Shown: piece after piece, positions 50,876 to 64,000 of the stretch
Position numbering within the stretch: position 1 is the stretch's first letter
Layout: each line of letters starts with the position of its first letter
From: Podarcis vaucheri
Taxonomy: Eukaryota
DNA: 64,000 nucleotides
Reading direction: 5' to 3' (one strand)
Assembly: GCA_965113315.1 (NCBI GenBank)
Contig: OZ220365.1
Notes under the pieces: generated by a model
Databases searched by the model: none
The model's input: the letters and a program-made list of their open reading frames with translations, nothing else
What the model was told of the DNA's origin: nothing
Translations under genes and position numbers: made by a program

Positions 50876-52540
50876 AAGTTAGTACTTATGAGTTGTCTAA
50901 AATGCCTCTGAATTTGTCAGGTCCAGCTACTCCAGTAGGAGTAGGAGTAGAACAAAGAACAATGGAAAATCCCTTCCAAGAGTTCCTGCCACTTCTCTTT
51001 TGCCATACCTTGGGCAGCTGACTGATGATCTGCAGTGGAGTTGGCAGGAAACGGAGATAGGAGATTGTCCCTGCCCCAGGTATATTCTCTAAAAAAGTTT
51101 AGAGCCAGTGGAGAGAGGGGCAGAGACAACCCATACAGGATCACATTCCTCCCCTGCAGGAGAAGTACCTTTTACCTGCCAAAGGCCCCAAGAATTCACA
51201 TTCTCACCATCTTTTGCTTGTTCCGCAGAAGAAAAAAGCCCATCTATTTTCTCTGCCTCGAAAGACAACATACAAGCCCCCAAATAGTCCACTACTGCTG
51301 ACCCAACTCACAATGGCAACATTTAGCCTTTGCAAATGCATTTGAGGCTCACCCAAAATACTTGGGTATCAACTTGAACATCCATAGGATTCATCACCCC
51401 TTTCCTCAACTCATCTCTGTCATCAATCTACACATCTTGGGTCCTGGGGAGTAAATGGTGGCGAAACTGACAAAATTATAGACAATTCTATTTCAGAAAG
51501 GAAAATGAATGTGAAACATAACAAGTTCTACCAATCTACTTTGTACAGCAGCTACATTAATGGACTGGAGCCATTCATTTTCAAAATGCAGCTATGCATA
51601 AATAAGACAGTAAAGCAGGGTTCATGTACCAGGTTTGCACAAGTATTTCTTTGATTCTGTACAGTACCCTTAAAAACAAACAAACCGCCTACCTACTGTT
51701 TTAACTTCTCCTTCAATGTGATTGCTTAATTTGCGTCAAATAGGAAGACTTTCACAAGAAACTCAGTTTTGGGTTTCATTTTAAAACTTATTCCTGGACA
51801 CTCATTTTCATACAAGTTATTTTCTTCTGGTGTATCTGTATGCTGTATAATTCTATACTATGCACAAAACTACTAAAGGATACACAGCGTTTGGAAATTG
51901 TGCAGAACAAGAGGTCAGGAGCCCACCTATAAACATCAAGTGATTACAAGGATAGTCCTTCTAAAAAAATTTAGATGGCCAAAAGAGGAAAGTGTGGTAT
52001 GTTCAAGTGTTGAGATACCAAAGACGGTGAGATACTGAGTGAAAAACCATTCTAATGTGAAAGTCTAGGCACATCTTGAACAACCACCACCTAACCTTTG
52101 GTATCTTCAGTTCAAATACATATAGATTTATGAAGCATATTAAGCCTGTCCTGGTGGATTGCATTTGGTTCTGCATACAATAAGCTAAACATGCAACACC
52201 TCTCACTATTCCTTGGCAAGAGAACAGCTGCTATGAAGACAACTCAACATTCCTTTCCAACCAGAGTAAATAGCATTTAAAAAGTTTTTCCAAAAGTATG
52301 CAAAGCTGCAATATTCAGCACATTTTCAATCACTGCAGAGAAATCACTCATTTTGTCTGCCAAATTAAGACCACTACATGATATCAGACAATAGCAATAT
52401 TTTAAAAGTACTCTGAGGTCGCTTAGTTGCACCACTTAAAATATCAAGCATCTTTCCAGCTATTAAACATTTCCTAGAATTCCAAGGGGAAAAAATCTTG
52501 ACGTTCTTTCGTGTTTAGATTTGTAATATGCTGTACTATT

Positions 52541-52746
52541 TCAACGTGATGCACATGCTGCTCCGATACCAAGACCAGACACCTTTCCATTTTCAGGGAT
52601 ATTCAAGTAACCTTCCTCTTTGAGTTTCACCAGTCTGAAGTCTTCTCTGACTTTTTCCAGCAGATCTGGCTTGAAAATAACATCCAAAGCAGTCATTGCC
52701 AAAGCTTTCGCCGTTCGCAAGGCATAGAACTGAGCTTCTTCCGACC
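52541..52746 (-). CDS. PM20D2: PM20D2 last coding exon
   Basis: [68 protein letters not shown]. Confidence 0.95.
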
Positions 52747-55700
52747 CTAGGAAGAATTAAATCCACAAATGAGAAAAGAAGGGATCAGTAAAGAGGTGGT
52801 GGTAGGGGGCTGCATTGGGAGGGAGGGACTGGCAAAGCCAATTCCCTCCTCATTGTGAACAGAAGCGCCTGCTGGATCAAAGAGAAACAACCCACCATTT
52901 TTGAAGTTAACTTAAGCTGGTCTGCTGCCTTCAGAAAGGGCCACAGGAGCAGGTCTTACCAAGAGCTAGGCAGCACATTCAAGACTGAAGGGATTTACTG
53001 TATAGCTATACCATAACTGAAGGGCTTTGTAAAGGCCATTTCCCCTTCCAAAACAATTCAATTTGAATTACCCTGGGAATAAAAAGATACTGTCTTCTCC
53101 CAAGTAGCTTTATGTTTTCTTTTCCTGCATTAAAATGCACATCTTTCAATTTCAGTGCATCTAGCATATATATGTGTTTCATAGAAGAAATTCAGGCTCA
53201 TTGTAAGCCTGAAGTTATTGCTTCTTGTGAATAAATCAAAGTTCCAAATGTGGACATTTATAGAGTTTCTTCACTACCCTCTCATAATTTCTGCCACAAA
53301 CATACTTCTCATAGTAGGAGTATCACTGGATCTTAAGATGCATATCTGCATAAGAGATTTCAACAAGTTATCTGCACCTGACCACCAGGAGGTTAGGTTA
53401 GCTTATTAAAAAACAACAACAACAAAAACTCTATAAAGATTGATTTAAGTCAGCAGCACATTGAGAGACCTGGGCTTGCTCTTGCTAGTGTTAGTCAGCT
53501 AGCAAGGCATCAAGATTTCCAGTTACTTCAGCTGCAATAAAAAAAGCCAAGACTTTTGGAATAGTGTAGCACAGACTTCAAGAGAAGTGTGAGCAAACAA
53601 CCTCTGAAAATTTGACTGACTTTAACCACTGAAGTGCTGGCTAGAACAGTTTTATTTGTCATTGCAATTTTATCTTATTATTGTATAGTATATTATATTA
53701 TTATAACCCACTCAGGGACCATATGGTAAAGGACAACTTAGAATTTTTGCAAATAAACAAATATTTATTACTGACTATTCCTAGGAACACAGTACACGGA
53801 TGTCCACGGAGGAATACACACACACACAAATAAAACTCACTAACCTGCAGCTGTTGTGTACTGCTCGGTATGGTTTAGTGCATCAGACCCAATATAAAAA
53901 TAAGGATGAATCCCAGGAACCACAAAGGTAACATTCCCAAAATCAGTAGAACCTAGGAAAAGGTAGTTTTAAATGTATCAGATCAGGCTACCAAAAGGAA
54001 TATATGTAAGTACTGCTCAGCTCTGCATGCTCTGCAGCAATATAATAATTCAGATCTCATACAAAGAAAGCAGCTCACAATTGGAACAGTGCAACTAGGC
54101 ACATTTGTTCATTTTGCATTATTATACTGTTCCAAATGTCAGGATCACAAAGTTATTTATTTATTGACTGCAAAACTGTAGAATTGGACAAAGACAGTGA
54201 TATGGAGGTAACCAAAGGCACTGGAAACGCAGTGAAATGAAAAAAAAATCTGTGCAGGAGACTCAGCCCCTGTCCCGCGGCATGAGAAAGTATGACAGAG
54301 AAAAGAGCACATAACACAGACAAAGGCAACAGGTTGTGGGGGTTTTTTAGGTGTAAAATAAATATTTTGGGATTAGCAATGAAAGTTGATAAATGATAAG
54401 ATGCTGAACCAGGCCAATTTCACAATGCATTTTTCAAGTACATTAGGGAGCTCCCAAACATAAATGTTTCACTTTGCCAAGGTAAAATAAACAGAATGCA
54501 GAAATGATTCCAACAGCAGAATGGAGGTTTTGGTTGAGAGAATTTAGTTTTCTTAAATAACAGTTCAACAATTCCTCACAGAAATGGAAAAAGGCATCAC
54601 TCTTAAAGGAGGGGGAAAGACAGTTCTGGAGAAAAAGTGATATACGTAAATAGCATGCACATAAACTGGGTTTTTCCTTTCTGCAGTATCAAGATCAAGC
54701 AGTCCTGAAATAATACCGTAGATTCCGGTGTACAAGGCGGCTTTTGAACCCCAGAAAATCTTCTCCAAAGTCGGGGGTCGTCTTATACACTGGGTATGGG
54801 CGGTGCGGAGCTGAGCATGCCCCCTGTTGCTGCCCAACATATTAGGCGACTGGGCTTATAAGACAAATCACCAAATTGCAGCTGCCCATCTACGGTAGTT
54901 TAACTTAGAGACTACCAACCCTATCCCTTGCATGCTGATGGACAGTAGGGCATCCACTGCCTTTCAATTCTACATCCTATATTGGTTTATGGTGAAAAAC
55001 AAATACCATGGAATGGCAAAACCACAGCAGCACTGTTTACTGCCCATTTAACTCAACCTGTCCTTACTTCATAGATCAAGTTGAACAAAATGCTAAGAGT
55101 ATTACAAGAAAATAAGTATATGGTAAAAAGGTAGACATTTTTAGCAGGTTCTTCTGAACATGTGCTGGTTACCATGCTTTAAAGAAGATGAATTTAAGTG
55201 TGTGATTGAAGTTTCAGAACAGCCCCATTACATTTTCCCTTACCAAATTCAAATTTCCTTCAAATTTGTTTCTGCATTCACCTAGCGATACATGTTCTGA
55301 TACTCTAAAATATAAAAACTGATCAGACTTCCCAATTGTTGGGAAATTCTTAAAAGATTTATAAATGTATTTTCTAGTAAAACAAACCAACCAACCAGAA
55401 ATGCATAGAAAAGGAGTAAAAGCCAACCTGATGAATGTAAACACGTGGATGTTTTATTATTTATTACCTGACAGCCCAGTCAAGTTATCTTCTGGGATGA
55501 ACTCCATGCCAAGTTTCTTCCCATTCTCAATGTAAGCTTTTTCCAGGCTCTTGTTAGGGAGTACGTTGTAGTAATCATTTGCACCACCTTTTAATTCCAT
55601 CTAGAGAAGAAAAATATTCATTTGCTTTGACACAAAAATACCAGATAAAGTCTAAACCAAAGGGCCTCCAACTCAATCCTATTTGTCTTACTCAGAGGTC

Positions 55701-58700
55701 AGTCCCACTGAACTCAAAGGGGCTTACTCTCAAAAATGCATAGGACTTAGTGTTAGGCTGAAATCTGAAACATACTTACCTGAGAACAAGCTGCAATTCA
55801 CAGTGTGGCTGACTTCAAAGTAAACATGCAAAGGATTACACTTTTAGGAACTAATTAGCTTTCTTCGGCATTTCACATCCTATTTATACGAAGCATGAAT
55901 GTGGCATTATCTCCTAGAACAAGCAAGCAATTTTCTGCTTCCTGCCCTTAGACAACTGCAAGCTTCTTGCAAAACAGGATAAATTAGAAATGTGGAATGT
56001 CTGCTCCAAAGATGCCAAATGGAAAAAAAACAGAGCCAAGATTGTGTAAATTCTTGGAAGGGAGTTCCAACTGAATATGGAAGTGAGCTCCAGTTGGAAA
56101 TTACTTTGAAGTAGAACCTTTAGAAGCAGGGTTAATCCCCTCTGGCTCCTCACTACTTTTATGATTTAAAGAAAATACCAAAGAAGGAAAAGTACTTAGA
56201 AACTGTTCAGTGAGAAAGGAAGCTTTTTTAAAAAAGAAAAGAAAAGAAAAACAGCCCAATGCTGAGTCCTTGTGTATTTAAAAGCATGTGAAAGGTCGCT
56301 CTTACTTGGGTATGTTTGCACTTTTGAGAACCAAGACTTGACAAAGTTGAGTCCAAAATATCAGCTATGCTGAGATGTTAGTTCAACGGGATCAGGGTTT
56401 TAGTTCAGAGATGGATAAACCTTTTCAGCCTGAGGGTTGAGGCCAATCCTCTGAGGGCCACATGCCAGTTGTGGTCATGGCCAAGCACACCCTGCTCTCA
56501 CCACACACAGACCACCACTTACACACACACACACACATACATATGGAAACACATTCATTCCCACTGCAGCACTGAGCTGAAACTTTTTCTCCAAGCACTG
56601 TAATGAGAGAAAGACAGAAGTGACCAGACCATTTCAAACATCTTGACAGGCCTAATCACCCCAATCTAGCCTGCTTGGAGCCACAACTATAGGGGGAAAC
56701 TGTCAGAGGGTAGGCTGACATGTAGATGTTATGCTTCTTTCAACTAAAATCACTCAACAGGTCCTGGGTGGTTTGGCCAAGAAGTCATCCAGAGAGTGGC
56801 TGAGGCAACAGTCAGACAGGTGGGGAACAAATAATAATAATATTATCATTATTAGTCAGCTCACATTGTCACTTAAAAGCAAAATAAATCTTTATGAACC
56901 TTACTTCACACCCTGTGGCCAGGGCTGCAGATTTAAAGCAGTTCTCTGCTTTTTCTGTCAGGATGGAGAGTTCTTTTAACGAAGGAGCACGCAAGTAAAA
57001 TTCTAATTCAGCATAAGAAGGGATGATATTAGGTTTCACACCTCCATTCTTTATTATACCTAAAAGAAGGAAGAACTGTGTTACTGAAATCAGAACTTTG
57101 AATAGTAGGTTTCTGAGGCTTCTGGCTAAAACAGGAAAGCCACACTAGTTTCTGCACCTGAGCCAACTCTCCAGCAGATGTGGGAACAAAAACAGATTTT
57201 CTTGCTTTCTTTAAGGGAAAAAAAACTTTTGTCTTGAAATTTTATTTGATTTCAATAAAAAACCCACAAAGATTTGCATTCACGTTCTTCTCAGTTATTC
57301 ATCTGTTCTCTTTCAGGATGAAATAAAACTAGATGGCATTGGAACAAGGGGGATTAAGGGAGCAGTAACACAGAGGCTGAATATATTTACTAGACCAGAA
57401 GTCAAGGCGTAAAAACATCCCTTTCATATTCTAACCTCTGGAGAAAAGACTAAAGTATAAATTAAAGCTGAACAATTTAACATGTTTTTGTGGCATAATT
57501 AAACTTTGCTTAACCAAGTTAGGCATCAGTTTTGAACAGTATACCTCCTAACATCTTTTTTCTGCCTTTTTTCTTCCACATAGTGCATGGTGGAAGAATA
57601 CTTAAGTAGTGGGTTATACATCACCAGCTGCCCATGAGCTGACCAAGAGAAAGGAATAAGAAATGAAAATATTTCAAACTCTTAAACAGTATCCATTTTA
57701 AGGAGCTTTTTTTGTGCAAGCATTTGAAATAGGTAAGGGGAACAAAATTCCAGAACACCATCTTTTCCACCCTGGATAATATAAACAGTGTCACCCTTTG
57801 TCTGCCCATATATACACTTTCCTTCTTCAAATTTTGTTACAAAGCGACTAGAGCGCTATCAAGGTGCAGCGTCATCAAATGGTAGAAACAGGTTTTAGAT
57901 CAGAGAAGAGAAGGTTCTGTATCAAAAGCAAGTGTGTCGTTTGTTTGCTTTCCTGTTGGCCCAGATCTAACACACAATAGGCTGACGTTCATCATACTCA
58001 ATAGACCCATTGAAATCCATTGATTTCAATCAATCTACTCCAAGTATGATAATTAACTCTTGATCTGATATATATGCATGTATGAAATTTTGCCCAGGCA
58101 AATGAATCTACTGTCAATTGGGAATTTCAAACAAGAATAAAGGGATATGATACATTTCCATCTTAAAAGTCTTGCATGAATAGAATATTGTTTGACTGAG
58201 TTCTGAATGACTCCAGCAAGAACAGGCTCTCTGTTTTAAGACAGTTTGAATTGCTACAATATTGTTATAACTCGGTGGTGCCCAGACCTAATGCGCTTGC
58301 AATCTATGGCAATTTTTAGGCAGTAAGTTGTTTTTAGGTTTCTTCAATATACCTGGAATAGTTGCTTACCTGAATAGTTCTTTAGTTGTCTTGGGCTATT
58401 CAAATCACTTGCCAGAATCCATCTGCTACACTACAGTAACTGAACATCGGCAGCAAAACTGAAAGCTGCATCTAATATTTATAAACCATCTAAATTTTAT
58501 TAGGCCATGTACATAAAACTGGCAAGCTTCCCTGCTCCAAGAATCACTTTTACATTATGCAACAGCTATATGAAGCAAATCAAAGTGAGTGTACAGAAAC
58601 AGAAAGGTTTAACTTTAAGCAAAAACTGGCTGGCTCACAGGTGAGAGGCAATACTCAAGAGAGCTCCTGAGAATGCCATCCATGTATAGCAAAATTAGTT

Positions 58701-61419
58701 GTTGTCTTTGCTTCCACTAAGATTCAACAAAGTTCCTACAAGCACAGGTTATCCCAAAATGTATTATTCTAAGTATTATTCTAAAGAGCAAGCCCATGCT
58801 TGCACCATGCTGTGGCATCAATATGCACACTTTGACTAAGCTTCAATATGTACAAGACTTTTGAGATGCTATCTTTATATATGGTTGATAAACAGGCTAT
58901 AGAAAAACAAAGTGGTACACTGCTGGTATAATCCCATTCTCATGTGTTTCTGCACAAACTAGCTGGGAAGATGTAGACAGGGCAGTGCAGTGTTTTTCTG
59001 ATATTGGTGGTATAATCCAATTTGGCCTCAATAAGGTACCAATGCTCACAAGAGCAAGAAGCCCATCATACAAAAATGTGTAAGATTTAAACCATGCACA
59101 TGCTAAGAGTATTTTAATGGAAAATTGTCACTTGAAAAGCAGCAAATCACTTGCCGTGCGGCCTGGGCCACAAATGCTTTAAATAATTTAATGGTTTTGT
59201 GCAAAGAAAACTAATTACTATTAGCTTTCATGACTACATAAAAAAATAAATGTTGACCAGCAAGGTAACCTTGCCTATGGGGGGGGGGGGGGAAAGTTAA
59301 GAAGCAGTAGAGCTACTCCAACCAGTTTAACCAGCAACTAAGTGCTATGAAGGGAATATCACAAAAAAAAAAAAACAAATCGGGAATGCAAGACATACCA
59401 TTCCTTTCTTATCATCACTAAGAGATGAACTTTGCCTCACTCTTTTCAATTTGCTATTCTTATTTGATAGCTCTAGTACAGATAAACATTAACAAGGGCA
59501 GAAATTTGATGGGAGGAAACAAAGACGAGAAAAAGTAACAAGTCAGAAAGACCATGTTACTTTAAATTGAAAGTATTATGGATGACAAGTTGCTCAAAAC
59601 CTTTTACATTTTAGTTTATATGGGGTGAGGGGGAATCTTCCACTGAGAATATTTTTTATGCAGTATTCAGAAGTACTACAACAGTGACCCACAATTCTAT
59701 CTGGAAGGTATTAACGCTTTGGAAATCAAACAGCAACATAACTCATATGGGTGCTTCTGGATGAGAACTTATCCAATAAGGTGGAGAGGTATCCAATGGG
59801 GAACTCCTGAGAGAAGCTGATCAAAGCTGATTGTTGGGGCTATGCTTTGAAGGCCTGATAATCAGCTGACAGTCAGGGTTTCAAAGTGTCAGCCCAACAC
59901 ACATCAGCAGTGCCTCCAATCTCCTCTGTGGCCCAGGTGCAACTTTACCTGCCTCACACCTGACCTCATGGGTAGGACCAGAGGTGTAGGATAGGTAGCT
60001 GTGGATTGGTCAAAACTGCCTGATGGGCCTATTGGGCTTTTAGAACAATAGTTACTTTACCATGCAGATGCAAACCAAACCTTTTCACTATTAACTAACT
60101 TCAGTCAAGTTAATGAATTGCAAGTGTTTATGGCTAATTTGATCCCTTTGGTTAGCTGTCTAGATTAGTTGCCACATATCTTTAAACGACGTTGTATAAA
60201 CTAGAAATCCTTCTACAGTTAGACCCATATTATTATGGTCAGGTATAGACAAACAGTAGACTACATGCTAAAACTCAAGTGTGGACCATAGCACTTCAGC
60301 CTTGCAGCTTACAAAACTGTGCCTCGTCCTCACAATAATCCCTATATATAGTTAACTAGCACTTAATAGAAAAGCTAAACTAGAACACTATTTGAGAATT
60401 CAATTATATAACCATCACCTCTTCCAGGACTCCACTAATAAATGTATCAGTTGCATGAACTGCAGAGCTTGTGTTACAGACACTTATAAGTATGTAACTC
60501 GTATGCTTTACACATCTGGATGACACAAGCCTAGCACAGCATGCGTTCTAACCTCTGACTAAGGGTGAGGGGCAGATCCTATAAGCATCCCCCCAAAGCA
60601 TAAAAAAGATGGAAGGAAATAGAGAGCTGCACCAACTGCCAGGGTATGATAACCCACATTTGGGGGGAAACAAATGTGTGAAGACTCGCTGTTACAATAC
60701 ACATTATTGCAGGTGTTAGCCATCATAATACTCAACCTTAACATCAATCACCATCTGATGAACATTCATTAACCTTGGCTAATTAAACCATACATGGAGC
60801 CTGACTGCTCTCACCACCCCTGGTATGAGCAGATAAAATCAGCTTAGAACAACATCTAAACTTGGGTTCATGGTTTGTTCTCCCTAACAAGCGAGAATTT
60901 GCCAACAACAAACTAAGTAAACATAGCTTGTTAGGGTGAAACAAATCACAATCCAAACTTCAGACATCTTGCTATATGGGTTCAATTACCTATGGGCTGC
61001 ATACACCAGCATGCAGCTCACACAATATGGTTTCTTAAGCAAACAACCCTGACATATTGTTCTGGGAAAACATGACCAAAGTCTATTAAGTGAACATATC
61101 CGTACCAAAGTTGTATAGCTCTTAAAGAACTTTCAACTTTACCAACAGATTGAACATTTATCAGAAAACTAAACACATGAACAGCCATTTTCATTTTAAT
61201 GTTAACATGCCAGATACATTATAAAACAGTGCCTGAAGTATTACTTGCTGGACATAAGATTTAATGAACATCTCACCATGAACTCTCCATGTTGGTTTCA
61301 TTTGCTGTCTTAAAACTGACAGATTGTTGTATGCAAGAACAGCAGCATCTAATGCATTTACTCCTTCCCAAGGGTAAGCAGCAGCATGAGAAGCTTTTCC
61401 ATAGTATTTCACAGTCACA
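52541..61419 (-). CDS. PM20D2: Peptidase M20 domain-containing protein 2 (Xaa-Arg dipeptidase), partial: last five coding exons; 5' exons not found in the window
   Basis: Five exons (143, 155, 133, 108, 206 nt) with GT-AG boundaries splice in frame to M20 motifs [36 protein letters not shown] and NHTEQY. Position is convergent with GABRR1. Confidence 0.96.
53845..53952 (-). CDS. PM20D2: PM20D2 penultimate coding exon
   Basis: [36 protein letters not shown]; tag| and |gttagt. Confidence 0.96.
54716..54895. mobile_element. Tc2/pogo-like MITE
   Basis: Termini ccgtagat...atctacgg with TA on both sides. Confidence 0.7.
55468..55600 (-). CDS. PM20D2: PM20D2 internal exon
   Basis: [44 protein letters not shown]; tag| and |gtaata. 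Confidence 0.95.
56905..57059 (-). CDS. PM20D2: PM20D2 internal exon
   Basis: [52 protein letters not shown]; tag| and |gtaagg. Confidence 0.96.
61277..61419 (-). CDS. PM20D2: PM20D2 internal exon
   Basis: [47 protein letters not shown]; tag| and |gtgaga. Confidence 0.96.
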
Positions 61420-64000
61420 CTAGGAAATAAAAGCCATCACTGGTTTTTAAACACTTTTTGAAAGGAAAAATATCCCCTTGGATTCATTCAACGAGCTTAA
61501 GTTCTAATGAGATAAAGGTCTATGCTATAATATAGGGGTTTGATTTTTTTAAAAAAACCTCAATCCTCTATAAAGATAATTGCTGGAAAAACAGACCAAC
61601 ATGTTTTGAGAGTAGGAGGTATTCAATACAGAGCTTTGATACTCAAAGCTGATCTTTGTCATCACAAAACCAAGTCTGACATTTATATGGACCACTTGTA
61701 CTGAAATAGGTACATACAAGACAAGAACTAATTTCTGTGAAAATAAAGAATATTAGTATATTAGACAGAAATAAATTGTGTCTGGTAGAGAAATATCTTA
61801 ACAAATCAACTAAGAAAACAGACATTTTCAAAAGGCGTGAAGCAAATAACAAACTACAATCAACTGGTGTGAGATTTCCTGACAACTCAGTTCACCACCT
61901 CCCCTCAATTACAATACCCAACACAGTTGTCCTCATCCAGAGATCCTTTCCAAATGGAGAACAATTCAAGCATTTCATGAGAAGGAAGTACACATAAATA
62001 TTTATTTATACATGGTTCATCCACTGAATGGGGGGAACCATTCTCAATGGAGGAGCTCCATGCATTCTGAGCTGCCTTAGCCAGAACCATTTGGTTTGTC
62101 AGGATGAAAGAATTTACAGAACACAACAGATGCTTTACTATTAATATTGAATAACGCTGCAGTGTTTTCTACCTTTAAAACAAACAAACAAACAAACAAA
62201 CACCACCACTGCATTTTCTAAATTCTAAATTTAAAAAGATCAGATGACGGCCAGCTCTGCCACTGAATTGCATTATACAGATTGCAGTATCCCTGACACA
62301 TTTAAAAACCTTGCCTTGTTTATTTTCATGAAAAAGAACTGTGTTCAAATCAACATAATCCTAAATTAAAATTTAATCACAACTATGTAAGATCTGAATT
62401 TTGAAAAGCAATGTTAAAAAATTAGCATGAAAAATTTAGAGTTCAAGGAACTAGCACCGTTATAACTTTGGTCTATAAAACCTGCTGGGATCAAAAGATT
62501 AGTAAGTGTCCTCTTGTATTTATTTATTTATTTATTTATTTACCACATTTATATCCCACCTGTCCTCCAATGAGCTCAAAGGGATGTAGGTGTTTCTCTC
62601 TCCAGATGACCCTCACAACAACCCTGAGTGATAGGTTATGCTGAGTTGGTGAGCTTCACAGCCAAGTGAAGATTTGGCACTCTAACCACAATACCACACT
62701 GGTTATCTATCATATTATGGCATATATCATATTCTTCCTAAGATCTTAAGAGATCTATAAAGATATGAAACCAGCTGCAACAAATTGCAACTACTCAAGA
62801 GTCTAAATATATACATCTGATGACTTTATTCTGACCTTAGGAAACTTGAGTTACACTTAGGTAAGATGACTACCTGAGGCTTAGTAATAAAAATCATTAA
62901 TTAGAAATAGGTATTAAGCACACTATGAACTGTGAGCAACCAATCCCAAACGTCCCGCATTACACAGGACCCTTGCACAGGCTTTTGCTTACATGGCTTC
63001 ATTTTCAAAGCGTGATTTATCATCTAGAGTGTGTGTGTGATTCTGTTGCAAACCTATTCTTCTTTGGCTGCAGCCAAGTTTGGAGACTGTGCAGACTTTG
63101 TTCAAAAATACAGTGATATGTGTTTAATAAAACTTGACAGAAATTATAACGAAAAGGTTAGGACAAACACAAAAGCCAAAGGTAAAGACAGCAGTTTGCA
63201 TTGTCCTGTGTGAAGACAAACTTGACACATTTCCCAACCAAAAACTATGAAGAATTCAGCAAACAGTTTTCCAGAGTTCAGAATATTTGTTGCTGAGGTT
63301 TTCCTAGAATCAAGTGTTATAAAAACATTGTTAAATGCGGATATGCTGTGTATCAGCACTATCCACTTCCAACATGACCCAAACATAACCCCAGCAATAC
63401 ATGCTAGGTGCAACCTATAAAGCTATAGCCGAAGACAGCCCAGCCTTTTAGGGTCATGCCAGGCTATGGAGTTCAGCAGCATAAGTTATATAAAGTAGGA
63501 TAGAGAAGCAGCATAAATGCTATAAATAAGAGAAACAAGAGAATCATACTTCTGTCCCAACTGAATCATAGGGAATACTGTTGTTAAGCTCAGAATGCCA
63601 GTGCTCTTCCATCCTTGTGCATATATATAGTTAAAAGATCTATACTATCAGTCTACTGAGAGCTGCTGGAAATGTTGATTTAACACTGCTGTTGAACATA
63701 GAAATGCTAATCATGAAATCCTACAGCTCCTCTCACCGAGGTATGATGTACTGGCAAAAATTGGTAGCAGAGTTTGCTTGTTTTCCTCTTCCCTCTCTAT
63801 GCCTCCTCTTTTCCCTTCTGTGCTGTGAGTGATATCCAACTAAGCCATACTTAAACCAGACCCATTAAAACGGGCTAAAATCCATTGCTGCCAGTGGGTC
63901 TACAGCATATTATGACTATCACTGAATATCACTGTCTTTCAGACTGCATGCCTGTGAGCAGGTCATCTTGTTACTGATCTTATGTCATCTGCTCTGGAAG

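Overview
Vertebrate genomic DNA from a squamate reptile, most likely a lacertid lizard (inferred from Sauria/Squam1-, Squam2- and Squam3-type SINEs). The window holds the complete coding structure of GABRR1 (GABA-A receptor rho1 subunit) on the + strand: 10 coding exons, 15233-43642, 1440 nt spliced, 479 aa. It also holds the last five coding exons of PM20D2 (M20 peptidase) on the - strand (61419-52541), convergent with GABRR1 as in mammals. The rest is intronic or intergenic DNA with SINEs, L2/CR1 fragments, hAT/Tc2/Harbinger-like MITEs, a solo LTR and microsatellites. I found no evidence for a new gene or a new biological system. The most unusual items are an obligatory GC-AG intron in GABRR1, a young Sauria SINE flanked by a perfect 66-bp duplication, a SINE inserted at the probable branch point of GABRR1 exon 5, and a solo LTR with intact promoter motifs upstream of GABRR1. 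Gene and repeat family names come from recognition by eye, not database searches.
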